Origin: Tubiluchus corallicola
Lineage: Eukaryota > Animalia > Priapulida
Reading direction: 5' to 3'
Assembly: GCA_030141605.1 (NCBI GenBank)
Contig: JAQGDQ010000006.1
Span: forward strand, 1,178,001 to 1,242,000
Length of the DNA stretch: 64,000 nucleotides
Both the position numbers and the translations under genes were made by a program. The notes below the pieces were generated by a model. The model was not told the origin of the DNA and ran no database searches. It saw only the letters and a program-made list of their open reading frames with translations. Each line of letters starts with the position of its first letter. Within the stretch, counting starts at the first letter, position 1. Shown one piece after another: positions 1-13,357 of this stretch.

Positions 1-3000
1 AGTAAATGATGAAATAATGTGTAAATATGTATCTGGTAAGCTGTATTGGAAGAAAAGACATGTGAGAGTCAATTACAATCAGCGGTCACACTGGTTCATT
101 GTGCCTAGGCTCAATAGGCTGCTGTTTAATAGTGTTTTATTGTGAATGACATCCGATACAGATTTAGTCTCATGCAGTATTTGATCTGGCTTGCTTGTAA
201 AGCGTCTTAAAATGGATGCCCATCTGGTCAGCTGCATACCAGAAACTATTCCATCCTTGACAGTCATATGACTTGTTGGCAATAATTGATTTTTATCTAA
301 ATCACATATAGGGTTGAAATAGTAGTAGACAAAAAATCATTAATGGGTTATTAGTATACCCAGTAACCAGTAACCTAAAAACTGCTTTTTTAAGGAGTAA
401 GTAACTGCCATTGATTATCCACTTTTCAAATGAACCATGCAGACAAGTATTCGAGAAATGGTATAGCAAAGTTAACTTCAAAAGCATTAATTCTGTTTAA
501 CTTTACAACAATGTCAACATACAGCGCTATGACTGCACTCAGCAAATCATCTTGTTGCCTTTCTTAGGCTACTTCATCAATTTGTTTTCTTACTCCATGT
601 ATAGTCAAAATTTATTTTAATGTGGACTGCAAAACCTAAATGCACTATGTATCTTACTTAAATGCAGCTCAAGGGGATAATTTTTAATATTAAGATTTCA
701 GTACCTAAACCTGCATTTATATATAATTGTTAATATGAAATATGCACACATGCTACTGCGTTACACACTAACAGTGTGTGCATGGTTTGAATCATTTTGT
801 TACATTCTCGATAATTGTTAAAGCTGTGGAAATTATATAATTCTTTCTACAATTGTAAATAACTTGTAAATTATGCCAAAATAAATTTATAAATGTGATC
901 TGGCTATTCCGATTTTCTTTTTACAAGCTGTAAATTAAATTGAAGTAATCCGTAGTACAACAGAACCTTACTGAAATAATAAATTAACTGCAGTTGATAT
1001 ATACTTTGATTGTGCCATGGATGGATTCAAACTTGTTGTTACGCTTTATGCACTTCGTAGCCTACTAGCTACAAGATTTAGTTAACCCACTTGGAGATGT
1101 CTTCTGATAAAATTCTTCCCTAGTGCCGTTGTTTCTTGTTCACTAGCAGATTTTATCCATTGTCTTCAGTACATATGGACCTCTCATCAAAATTGCTGGG
1201 AATTTTTGTCTTATTGATAAATTTTGAGCCTGTGTACTCCTGTATTACTTCTACTAATTGATACTATATGCGCAACTATACCATATAACAGTATGAAGGC
1301 AACGCTAAGTGTCTTGGGAAGTTGAGCTTATTTTAGTATTTCAAAAAAGTTATCACATGAAATTGTGATAAGTGCCTCATGTAATTCAACTTAAACTCGA
1401 GATCAGTTTACTCTTGGGTGCCTTCATTTAGACCCAAAAATGGAGTCATCTGCTTACCATGCGATATAAACAATCAACCCGCCAGGTGCTTCAGCAAACT
1501 TTCTTTGCAGGTGACTTTTGCTGACTATCAGATAAGCATGCAATTCCGCATGCATGTTGCAGATGCTGATGGGTTACTTAGTCTACTGAATTCAATTTTA
1601 GCTTAGAGTAGTTATTCTGTTACTTAGTTGTTAAATCCGGGTTATGCTACCATCAGTGTTTTTGATTACAGTGTGCAAAGAGATTCATTGAAAAGTAAAT
1701 AATAGTATTAATAATTTCTAGTAATTTTTCAGTAAACTGTAAGTTTTCTTACATGCACCTTCACCATGTCCATACCCGTCCACCAGCTTTGCCATTTTTT
1801 CAACTATGCCCGCAGTGAGATTCGTTTTGCAGGAGATAAGAAATATTAAATATTCAATTTTTTTAATTTTTAAGCAAGGCATTCTATGAGCATATATTGT
1901 GTGGTGATTTCATTATTTTTAATTGTATATTAAAATACAAAGAATTTTCCTTTAAAACTGAGCTTCATCAATGACAATACATTACATATCGTTTTGGTAA
2001 AATATATTTTAATAAGTCGATTTATCAAAAGCAATGAGTTTACATACCTTTATCACAAACAATGAACAAAAGTACAAAAATGTAACAGAAATGAAAAATA
2101 AAAATATAAAAAATAAATTATAGGTTTAGAAAAATGGAAGTTTAGATGCCTGCTTCAGCATGACCCGTCATGCACAATACGACAAAATTATACAAAAAAA
2201 TTATATTAGCTACCAAGTCATTGTTCCCTTCAATGGTCAGCAAAATTGCTAAAAAACAGAATTTAATTACTTTGGAATTAACAAAATTCAGAAAATACTA
2301 AATGAAGGTTTTAGAAGTATTTATAAATGGTATACATAATTAATCAAAACATCAGAGTGGAGTCTCACTCGTGACACATTTCATGTGCATTTACAATTAT
2401 CCATGTGTGTAACAAACACTAATAGTTGAGAATGTAGCAGATTGCAGGAAGAATGTTTGTTCCGAGACAGTGAGACTTAATCTCATGCTTTCAATTACAA
2501 ATGTTTCACACCACAGAAAACCGGAAATATACATTTAAGTCACTTCCCTGCATGCATTTATTGTAGGCCTATGTAGTTCCTTGTTCTGATGCTTTTTAAA
2601 CAATTTTAAGCATAAATATATTGAGTTTTGCAAAATCTTCCTATCTGACATTATTACTTGCTCACTGACAAAAGATCATAGCTACCATAAATTTACAAAT
2701 TTTCATTTTAGTTCTATCCTACAACAGAACGCAACACTAAATATTAATGCTAGCACTTAGCTATAAGTATTTACAAATACACAAATACGCTTAAAAATGT
2801 AAAAAAGCACACAGTCTACAAAATATTACAGATTTCACTTGCTACAAAGCAGCCATCATGATTAGCAGCCTTTGTTAGGTTTGCAAGCTTCGCACTGGTA
2901 ATTACAAGAAAAATCTGTTGAGCTCTGCAGTGGGCTTTTATTATCTCCCAAAAATCTCTTGAGCATAATTATACAACATTCCTGTCAGTATAAAAATAGT

Positions 3001-3364
3001 GTTAGGTTAAATAAAATAAATCTAAAACATATGTACACGTGCACCATCTTTGTAATAAGAATACCACTTAAAATTCTCATTGTTCTGTGGTTTTTAGCTA
3101 AAACTGGCAATTCTCATTTTGACAGCTTTAGCTGCATTCTTAATGCAAGTTACATTTCAGGTTACTTTTTGCATATACTTGTACTATAAACTAGCCTAGA
3201 CATAATCAGACATAGAACTGTGCTATGAGCTAGCTGCACTTTTGCTTTATATGAGTAGCTGCACACTCTGTATAAATCACTTCTGCACAAATGGTTAATA
3301 AAAAATAGTATTGCAGCTTTGCAAAAAATACGTACTATAGTTACTCAGAGCATGAACATATATA

Positions 3365-4090
3365 TTACCCTTCCGCATCAGGTGGTGATACCCATCCATA
3401 TTTTGAATGGATTTTTAGCAGTCCTTTAAAAGTTCTCTCTGCAGCTTTATGATTATATGGCTTGGAGAGTTTTTTGGCATCAATTCGCCCATTGGCCTTT
3501 ACCAGACTAGCACTAAATTGTAGAATAAGAGCTTCGACGGTGTAGGCACTTGCCCAGCCTTGTGGTGTCAGTAGTTCCATACATATAGCACCATCATCAA
3601 GAATGAATCCATTACGGATGCGGGGCGAGATCACAGACATAAATGGAGGAGAAAATGGAAAGTTTTTAGGGAATGAAACATTTAAGTGAATAGCAGCAAT
3701 ATTGTGCTGCTTCATGTCTTTGGCAAGATCCGAATCTTCGTCTATAGTATGTAAATGAACTCTCCATTCACACAGATTGTTGTCTATCAATTCAACGCTA
3801 CATATGCCTTTACCAAGTTCTTCTGCTTGTCGCATTATTTTTAACTCTTTCATCAGCCGTTTAGTACACACTTGCCCTATGCACGTTTCTCCAGATGTAT
3901 TTACATGAATGTCTGGTTCCACATGCGTCAACAAAGACCATTTTGGTATGACTGTTCGCTCTTGCTCAAGGCCATTTTCTTCAACAGATTCTATAGCAAT
4001 TCCATTTCCCGTTGGTTTTGTTTCTTTTATGTTGTTGTTGTGTTTCGACTTCACGGAAAGATGCAATAACTTTTTGAACTTAGCTGCCAT
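3365..4090 (-). CDS. UBE2QL1: Ubiquitin-conjugating enzyme E2 Q-like (UBE2QL1-type); uninterrupted coding exon, 241 aa from ATG 4090
   Basis: The ORF encodes KRLMKELK...FPKNFPFSPPFMSVISPRIRNGFILDDGAICMELLTPQGWASAYTVEALILQFSASLVKANGRI...HSKYGWVSPP, which matches the UBE2QL1 UBC domain including the catalytic Cys (GAICMELL). A splice acceptor (ttctttttcatag|) opens the exon at 4137, so the listed ORF start at 4201 is probably intronic. Confidence 0.92.
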   Translation of the reverse strand: MAAKFKKLLHLSVKSKHNNNIKETKPTGNGIAIESVEENGLEQERTVIPKWSLLTHVEPDIHVNTSGETCIGQVCTKRLMKELKIMRQAEELGKGICSVELIDNNLCEWRVHLHTIDEDSDLAKDMKQHNIAAIHLNVSFPKNFPFSPPFMSVISPRIRNGFILDDGAICMELLTPQGWASAYTVEALILQFSASLVKANGRIDAKKLSKPYNHKAAERTFKGLLKIHSKYGWVSPPDAEG

Positions 4091-4383
4091 ATTGTATATA
4101 TTACGCAAATTGACTGAACAGATTACGCACTCATCACCTATGAAAAAGAAACAAAATGTGATTGTAATTATGCAAACAATACAAGATTGATTATCGATCA
4201 TCTGCTTTTCTTACCCCGAGGTAGAAATCAACTTCTATTCTGTAATTACAAAATAAATGCAGTACTTGCATTAATTTGTTGTTTTGCTTACTTGGCGTCG
4301 ACGATTAATTCATATCTTTGCTTTTAAATGGAATTTCGCTAACCTTATACATATGAGTATTAGCAAATGTTTACTTACATACG

Positions 4384-4409
4384 CACACACACACACACAC
4401 AAACACACA
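4384..4409. repeat. (CA)n microsatellite
   Basis: Directly visible. Confidence 0.9.
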
Positions 4410-7319
4410 TATATGTTTTCCTGTGAATAGCTGTGCACTGTCGTTAGCTATAATATTACAGTGTTGTTCCGTGCTTCGAATTTTTATTATTACTGGTTTT
4501 TATTGTTGTCCAAGTTTCTGGTTATAGTACGTTCCACAAAATTTCAGTGATGGCTGTTATATTAATTTGTCGTTATTCTACAATTATTACTACACTTCCT
4601 TGCCTTGCAACTATTTAAAAAAATTTAAAGCAGTTACAGAAATTTTTGTTCATTTGCTAGTTGCCAAGCAAAACAATCTCCCCCGAAATAACAGTTACAC
4701 CTGTAACCTGTTAGTGTGGACTTTTATATGTAACCCAGAAACAAGTTTCATGTCTTACAACTGATGAGAGCACGAATCGGCCAAGGCAAGGTAAAAACAG
4801 CAGGGAGCGTAGGTCCGTAACTGACGAGCGGGCTGAGCAGTACTCAACCCAGTTATTATCTATCACAGAGGAGTCAACTCTAGCCCCTTGTACTTTCTAC
4901 TCAAGAGTAGCGCGCTTGTGTTATGTATTCCATATCTGGGTAACGCTTAACTACTTAGTCGCACAGGAGCATCGTTTGGTAACAAGCTGAACTTACGATT
5001 TGAATCTTTATGAAGATTGTACAGCTAATTAACTTTAGGTCTTTACAATGAGCTATATAACCGCAGTCTTTTTCGGCCCACAGCCAACTAGCAACTATAG
5101 TTTTTTCATCCTTGCATACGTGGTTCCTCGGTCCATTAGTTTTTCAGCGTAGTAGACTCCTATAATTATACTTACGATCGGCATTATCAGGTTAATATTC
5201 TGATAAAAATGTAGTAGATGCGCTGTTTCTGAATTTTGAATAAGAAGTTTACAACACTATATTTCGCTGTAGGAAACAAATGCGTACGAAGGGAAATTTT
5301 ATAATATCAGTTAATTAACAACAGACTTGTCAGACTGATCTATATGCATCGAGCTTACTGCTGCACGTGCATCCACTCGAAGACTGCATTTTTTAGTAAA
5401 AATCATTATAGTAAAGTAAACATATGGCTATGTGAGATGTCAGTGTAGTTAACAATGAAATAATCTATATAGTGCCTGGGTCCCTGCAGAACTTTGCAAA
5501 GTGCTTAAATGCTTAAAAACGTCAACAATAATTTAAGGTAATTATGATCATTTCCTAGCGCTACAACTGCTAGAAGAAATGCAAAAATCCTATAAAGCCC
5601 ACATTTCTTTGTAAATTCTAGATCACTTCATATAATAAAAACCTTTGGGGATTTTCTGAAGAGTAGGGCAAATTTAATTAAGTTAGCTAACTTTATTACT
5701 AAACTAGTTTTAAAAAATTAATTGTTTTACTTAACCTGAGGCTCCAGCTTTTCATTTTTTAGGCTTAGATAATGTGTGGACAAAATCTTTGATAATGACC
5801 TATGTAGCAATGTGTGGGCAAAATCTTTGAGTATAACTTATGTAGCATAGGTATTACAGCAACCTATTTATATATTTTTAACAACGTTTTCCCTAGTAAT
5901 TATTGGCAATGCATTGCACCTAGTTAGCAATACCGGACATATAGCATACTAGGTATATAATTCAAAATAAACTATTGTGGCTGATACAACAAATTGGTTA
6001 AGCTAAATGGAGGTCGATTTCTTAACGTTTTTAAATGACTGCTAATGATTAATCTTAAGGAATTTAATGGCTGTAAAAATAAACAGTCACAGTGATACAT
6101 TATACATAAAGAAGTTGCAACACTTGTTGGTAGAAGTATGGGCAATTATTACTATAATACATGTAGCATACATTCACTTCTCACTCAGCATTTAACATGT
6201 TTTAAACTAATTTAATAAAAGTCAGTTGATTTCATTTCAGTTAATTGGTTATCATTTTTTGTCTATGAAGCCAAAGCAGTTTTAGGTTATAGCCTAAACA
6301 GCCTTAATACTACTATAATTATGTGTTTGTGTGTATGCGTGTGTGCATGTTAATTGTGTACCTCGTGTAACTTCATTGTGTATGTACTTGGTTTGGCACA
6401 TGCCCACATTGGAGTGAAAAAACTTCTGTAATGTGTAAAACACTTGCTTATACTGCAAATCCAGTTTACGTTCTGGCTCCAGTGAAATCCTCTACCAGAA
6501 AACTGTTTATCTGAAAGTTTATTAGAAACGCCAGGCGCCAACCTGCATCCTATCGCTGGCAAATTACTTTAATTCTACAAATTTTATTCCTCTGGGCACA
6601 GATTCAAATTTTCACCTTTATTCTCCAGGCCTTTTGACTTTATATAAAAATAAATCGGATAATACTGACATAGCGATTGCGTCTGCAATGTAAAAATTAA
6701 TAGCGATGCAAAAGCATCTAAGTTCTTCCTCATCCGTGAATCGTCAGCTCCTTGGTTTACCGTTAGGGTTAAGTACAACATGGGCTAAGTATAAGCGCAT
6801 TCCCGGTCGTAGTAATCAAGTTGAATTAACTCGTAGTTACTTAGCACTTAATTTGGTACAGAAATAAACCACGATAACATAATATAAACTACGATAAAAA
6901 TTATAACCAATATATTGACAGCCTTAAGTAGCTCGTCTACATAAAAAACACCGCAAAGACCACATGCAGTTTACCAAAAATAATAGGAAAATGCAACTTA
7001 CCATTACTAGCATTACCATTGGACACCGATTCGAACCTGACACATTTACGACGTCTACCTCTGGGGTCGTATTCAAACAAGCCAAAAGAACATTTCCATT
7101 GCATCACTAACCTGAACACCCAACAAAACATTGGTCGCCACATGTGTTTACACCATTTCAGTCAGCTGTTAACCACGAGCATATCACGTGCACATGAAAA
7201 AACAGTCATCGCCCAGGTGCTGAACCCAAGAACCCAACCTAGGAAATTGACGGAAATTTGTGAATTCGTTTTCGGTTCTGTTCGGCAGATAGCCCAAAAT
7301 TCATTGCAAGTGGAAAAAC

Positions 7320-10300
7320 ATGGCGGATAAGTTTGATAAATTTGAGTCCCTGAAGCAAAATCTCGAACTTTTCATTGAAAACGTACGCCAGTTGGGAATT
7401 ATAGTCAGTGCGTTTCAATCACAAAGTCAGCACGTGTTGAATCAGAAAATGTAAGTAACACGCTTGAAGTCACACAACTGTTTTTTAGGAGTTTTTGTTT
7501 TGCTTTTAAAATGTATTGTCTGCTGAATATCGGTAGAAAAGGCATGGTAAAAACGGCACAGGGTAAATGGCACAAATGAAAAACTAGGTAAAAATGCCAC
7601 ACTTAGTAAAGTTTGGGGTGATTGTGGGGCGATAATTATTTTAGCTTAATAGTTATTTTTACCTCTGCCAAGGAAGTTCTGCTTTAATACAGTTTGTTTG
7701 TTTGAATGGTTGTTTTTTGTTTGTTGTAGTAGTAAACTTGACCCTACACCACGTACAATAAACTTTTGTCAGGCACACAATGGAGGTTTCAGAGGGAGTA
7801 TTTAGTATTTCTTTTTTATTATCTCTACCAGGACAAACAAATACGACTTAGTTTCAGGTTCTGTTTTGAGAAATTCTCGCTCGTAAAAAACTGTGTAACG
7901 CTGTTTTTAATGTGCATGTTATATTTGTATAACTATAAGCTCACTTGGTATACGTATGTATGCCAGTCTGTTACCATTGCCAAAATTAATGGTTAGAGAA
8001 AGGAAGATAAACACTATGTGGAATATTCATGAATTAGTGATTACAATTCAGTTTAATGAACAAAGTATTTTGTGAGTGTTTTGAAAGTCTATTTAATACC
8101 AATACAGGTACGTTTTTGAATACTTGCTTGTTTATCTTGTTTTACGTTTTTTTTTAGTCTGCCAGACAAATAAGCTTAGGATTGTTCGTCTTTGGCAGAG
8201 ATGTGCTTCCTATTGAGATCGTTCTGGTTTTATTATAGAAATTAATTGCACCGAAATAACATGTGCCATTTTTTCCTACTTTTCCATTTGTGCATTTTTC
8301 CTATGCCATTTTTACCTACTTCTCCATTTATGACATTTTTTCTTGCACCATTTTTACCATGCCCCCTCTTTGCCATCTGCTTTGGAAATTCTGCAGTCTC
8401 TGCATTCAAAAAAGTACATAAAGCAGTATGATATTGCTAATGATAAACACTGCATGGTGTTGTCATAAGTGTTTAGAAATCTCTTTCATGACCATGGGTT
8501 GAAGCAATAGATAAGATGAGTTGTGTTGTATATGATAATTATAGTTTCACTTGTTTATTATTATGCTAACTTTATGTTTAGAACAGCTTTAATTAGGTGC
8601 TCACTGTTCAGTGCCATATATTATCAAAGGTATCCATGTTTTTAAGATGAAGTGGTTTTAAAAGTCTCTTCATTCAAAGTATGAAGTTAGTGAAATGTGT
8701 AAATTGTATTAGAAGGAAATCACTATTGTAAAACTTAGAACTAAACCAAAATGAAAGGAGATGAACTGTCAATTGCTAAACTTGGATATAAACAAAGAAC
8801 CCTTGATGATGAGCTTATGACCTGCAGACTACACAACCTTTTGTCATCAAAGTGTTCTTATAATTCAACCCTCACATAACTCACCAATACCAATGTGTCA
8901 GATTTTTAGTATGTTCATGCTAGAGTAATATGTAATTAATTAGACTAATTGTTGTAATTGATTTAATAACTGGAGTAATCAGTACTTTCTTTTGCAGGTT
9001 TATAAATTAATGATGCAATGATTAATAAACCAAATGCAGTTATTAATTTTTTAAACCAATGGAAAGAATTGTGCAACTACTAAAAAAGCTTGGGCTAAGC
9101 TTGGATATTGAGGAGGATCTTGATTGCAAGTTTGTAATGTCTGAAACCAAAACTCACTGTTTAATTTTGGTCTTAATGCAATTACTAAAAACATGCAGAC
9201 TTATCCATCATTTTAGTGGTTATTCTGTCATATTAGAAATTGATAGTGATACTGCCTACTTTCAGCCATTTAATGGTGTCTGGTCTCCAAGAGATTGACA
9301 AGCTGAAAGCTCAACTACATGATGTGCAAGTGCCTTTAGAAGTTTTTGAGTAAGTAACTTATTCATCGAGTCCAATAGATATCTATATAATTTAAGACAA
9401 TTCATTTTACCTTGATACAGAGTTACAATCACACCACTTAATTAAAAATGACTTGACATGTTTTTTATCGAACTTTGGGCATCATGGTTCCATTCAAAAC
9501 ACTGTAAGTATCAAGGACAAGAGACGAGTGATTATAAATACAATTGATTATATTTACAAATTATTGCAGTTGTTGTGTATAGGTCTATAGTAATGAAAAT
9601 TGAACGTTATAAGAGTAAAGTAATCATAATCGTAAGTTCTTGCTTACAAGTAATTTTTTGACATCTTTAGTCGGTTACTGTCTAGCAGTGTTTCTAAGAT
9701 AAAAATGCGAATTGAAATTAAACAATGACACTGCACAACTGCTACTCGTCGATAATTCATGAGTTATTTAGTATCAGAAATTATACTTTCCAGGTTTTCG
9801 CTATATAGCATAATTAGTATTTAGGTGAAAGAAGTCATTTCTTTGAAAAGAAAAGAATGGCCAAAATGTTGTCACTTGGCTATTAGTGTAATTGTAATTG
9901 TTATTACAGTTGCCAAAGCTGAGCACTTTGCTGTAATTAAACATAATTCATTTGAAATAAAATAAGCCTGTAGCATCTGAGGCATTAGCTAGGGCAGAAT
10001 GTTATTCTTTTGGTTTGTCACTTTGGTGTATTGAAAAAGTTTTTTGTTGGCACAGAAGAACGATTCAAGATGGTTTCATAATGTGTTTTTGTGAAAATGT
10101 TTTATTTTTGAAAAGTATAATTTTGGAATATTTTGCATTTGCTGTGAGTGTTCTTCCTTTAAGAATGATGTTTCCATTTGAACTAAAGTCGATAAAGGAA
10201 CTATTATAGCTACTATGCATTCGAGGAAGCCAATAGAACAGCATTTGAGAGACAATATAATTTTTCACTGTGGTGGGATCTTGTGCCCTGTTTGTAAATT

Positions 10301-12261
10301 ACAAAGGAAAGCCTAGCAGCGTGTTATCAGAAATGATCAAATTTCACGTGTAAAAGTTACTGTAGCAATACTTTGATGCTAATTATGGCTCAATGAAGTA
10401 AAAAAATAACAAACGGCTAGTAATTATTACAACAAAAGTTTGAAAACAACATTGCCAATATCTAGAAAACTTGGCAGTGAGCACTAGGGTGAGCATGATA
10501 ATAGAAACACTATAAAGTTTTTTCACAGAATATTTAAAAGAAGTTATGTGTACTTCATTAGCAATCTGAATTAAAGAAGTTTATTCAGATTTATGAGAGA
10601 GTTATTTTAGCCTGCCCCTAGGCAGCGTAATGATTAAATCATGCTGACAGTGTGCTGAATCTTGTGACATGGTACATGTATCTTTCACATCAGAAGAAAT
10701 TCTATGTAAGTTTGCACTATAAATGGTTGATGGCGGTCACCATGGAATCATTCTTACGACAAGCTAAAACCACATGGGTGGCAACTGTCCCATAACTCAG
10801 AGTATAGTATTGGTTGAATTGCTCTGTAATTTTTACTTCATTTCAGTGTTTATCAAGTTTAACTGTTGCCTATATTCTTGTTTACGTAGATACATTGATC
10901 AGGGTAAGAATCCTCAACTTTACACGAAAGATTGCATGGAAAGAGCCCTGCATAAGAACGAACTTGTAAAAGGGAAAATTGATGCATACAAGGTGAGAAA
11001 CTTCTGATTTTATTTGTAGTAAAACAAGCTTTTGTCACTGTTGAGTTGGTGGTATTAAAATACTAATAAGTATACATATTTTGGAGGTTTTTAATACAAT
11101 TATAAAAAATCAATATTCGCATGTAATTTTGCCCAAGTGTGAGAATAACGTTTAAGGGAATAACAGCTTGCTGTTCAACAGTTTTAATATACATGTTTTA
11201 CAGCTGCTTACGTTGTTACTGGTCACCAATATTAAATAGCGAGCTTTTGAATTTTTGAGTGTCGGGACTTCTGGATGCAAAAAAATTATTTAAAATCATT
11301 ATTGACTTTGTGCCTATGAAAAAATGTTTAATTTTAATCTTTTAGTAAAACAAAGCCTCTAAAACTAATATTCTTTTATTTTACGTTTATTTAAGTACAT
11401 AAAAAGTACCATAGAATAATAAACAAAGCATAGTTAAAAGTCACAAAAAATATTTCTGCAAGACAAATAAAAGAAATATTTACATAAAACACAGAGAATT
11501 AGTAAGCTAAATTTTTAAAAAAGGGTTAGCAAGTGTATGTTCCCAATGAGTAAATATATTCAAAGTTAAAATGATATCAATATTATGAATAAAACTGTGT
11601 ATGAATTGCTTGAATTTAAAACTCTCTGATAAAGGCTAAAGTGATTTTGTATAAAATGATTACAGCAATTTTCAGCGCATATTCTCGATGCTGTAGTGCC
11701 CCTATGATAAGCAGAAAACTTCGTCAATGCAAAATAGTAGGCCGCTTTTAATTTCCTTATAGTACCAACATTAAAAGTGATCTAAAGGTTAGAACAGTAA
11801 AAAGTTGAACAATAAGATTTAAACAGAACACGATTGATATCAGCAGAGCAAAAACTAAAATTTCTTCAAAGAATATTGAATCTCATATAAAAAAGGAGCA
11901 ATTGATTTAAAATATCAGCATAATATAAAATAGTGATACATTACTATGCGTATTACTTGTAAATTAATAGTGACGAGATTAATTTACTTATTACTAGAAT
12001 AAAATCTTGTGTGTATTACTGTAACATTCACTGACAGTTTTATGCTGATTGTTTTCTAATTGTTAAAAAGTAATCTCTAATTTTATCATGTATTTCATTT
12101 TATTGTCTCTCATGGTGCTAGTTGGTTTTATTAAATGTTATTTTCAGAGATTTAAAGATCTGTTAGTGGAAGAACTAACTCCTGTATTTCCAAGTGAAAT
12201 GGCCAAATACAGGGCTTTGAGAGGTGAAGAGTATTTCTACGATCGACCCGATGAACGGTAG
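7320..12261 (+). CDS. MED10: Mediator subunit 10, 143 aa; exons 7320-7450, 9266-9349, 10890-10992, 12148-12261
   Basis: GT-AG joins in frame give MADKFDKFESLKQNLELFIENVRQLGIIVSAFQ...GLQEIDKLKAQLHDVQVPLEVFEYIDQGKNPQLYTKDCMERALHKNELVKGKIDAYKRFKDLLVEELTPVFPSEMAKYRALRGEE..., closely matching metazoan MED10. Confidence 0.96.
7525..8375 (+). mobile_element. Non-autonomous DNA element (family A, copy 1) in MED10 intron 1
   Basis: Inverted terminal arrays (GGCACAAATGAAAAACTAGGTAAAAATG ... CATTTTTTCCTACTTTTCCATTTGTGC). The internal sequence is shared, reverse-complemented, with 35440-36400. Ends approximate. Confidence 0.75.
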
Positions 12262-12600
12262 CATCGACCGTTACTTAGTCTGCACCATTTTATGATGATT
12301 CTGTAAATTAGCAGCTATATGAAGTGCGAAAAGTTTGATGGGTTCATCACTGTATGGTTACAACTCTGTCATGACTTTGTCTACCATAAGACTAAGTTGA
12401 GGCCTTTTAGTGTTTTTATGCGGAATGTGGTTGGTGCCTGTTAGTTTTGAAATTGTAATGTCATTGAAATTCCTTAGCTCTTTGTACTCTAAACTGAAGC
12501 TATTATGGTACGTTTCAGTTTTACTAACTTACTTAATTTATGTGGAAAAAGTGAAAAAACTTATTTGGCCATGTGATGTGGTGGATCTTAATTTTGCTCA

Positions 12601-13357
12601 TAGGCATTGAATATTCAGATCACCTAATTTTTTCCCGAATACAAAAATCCGATAAACTTTTGTTGAATTCACTAACGATTAAATTGAACTTTCGGTATAC
12701 CAAAGTTATTTTTCTAATATTTGGTGAAAATTATATTAAACAAACTGAATATTTTCCTATAATGCTTATCAAAATTTTTCCGAAAAAAAGCTGATAGTAA
12801 ACAGCAAACGTGACGCAACAGTTAACGTTCTATTTCTGTTTCTGTAGATTACTCAAAAGAATTTGATGGACTGTCAGTACACAAGTCTTGTGAATTCGCG
12901 AAAGTACAGCTGTATTCGCATTTATAAATGAAGCAGTCAATGAGAACTTGAGCTAGTAAACAATTTTGTACTTTTGCTTACATACTGATTTGTTAATTGT
13001 ACAAAATAATTTAAACAGCTTTTGAAAGAACTGGGGCTGCTTTTAAAACACTTAATACTTTACTACATAACCATTAAAGAACACAGATTTAGTAATCCAA
13101 ACAATTTTACACAGCTCACCAGTTACCACTAACTTAAAGCTATAACACGTTAGAGAGTTTTTAATTCTTTTCAGTTATAATTACAAGAAAATTCGGTTCA
13201 GTTTTTGTAAGACAATTCCGTTCAACTGCGGTTCAGTATTCCAATTTAACTTCATATTTTTCGGAGTTTGGTCCAGTAGTGCCCAAACATGAAAAAATTG
13301 GCTTCGGTTCAGTTGATAAAAATGTGCCTTTGCTGCACCGTTACGTGCTCATGCCTA
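12601..13357. mobile_element. Possible degenerate MITE (hAT-like termini)
   Basis: Starts TAGGCAT and ends ATGCCTA, with subterminal CCGAA / TTCGGTTCAG repeats; no TSD seen. Confidence 0.35.

Noticed and set aside
79-600. Possible hAT or IS5-like transposase remnant on the minus strand
   Set aside because: Only faint motif resemblance with many stops; not supportable without an HMM search.
3872-4190. Plus-strand ORFs overlapping UBE2QL1 (likewise those overlapping LRGUK and GST exons)
   Set aside because: Antisense shadows of real coding exons with no recognisable protein features.
4138-4201. First 21 residues of the listed 278-aa ORF as a signal or membrane peptide
   Set aside because: They translate a polypyrimidine tract and acceptor (ttgtttctttttcatag), so they are probably intronic.
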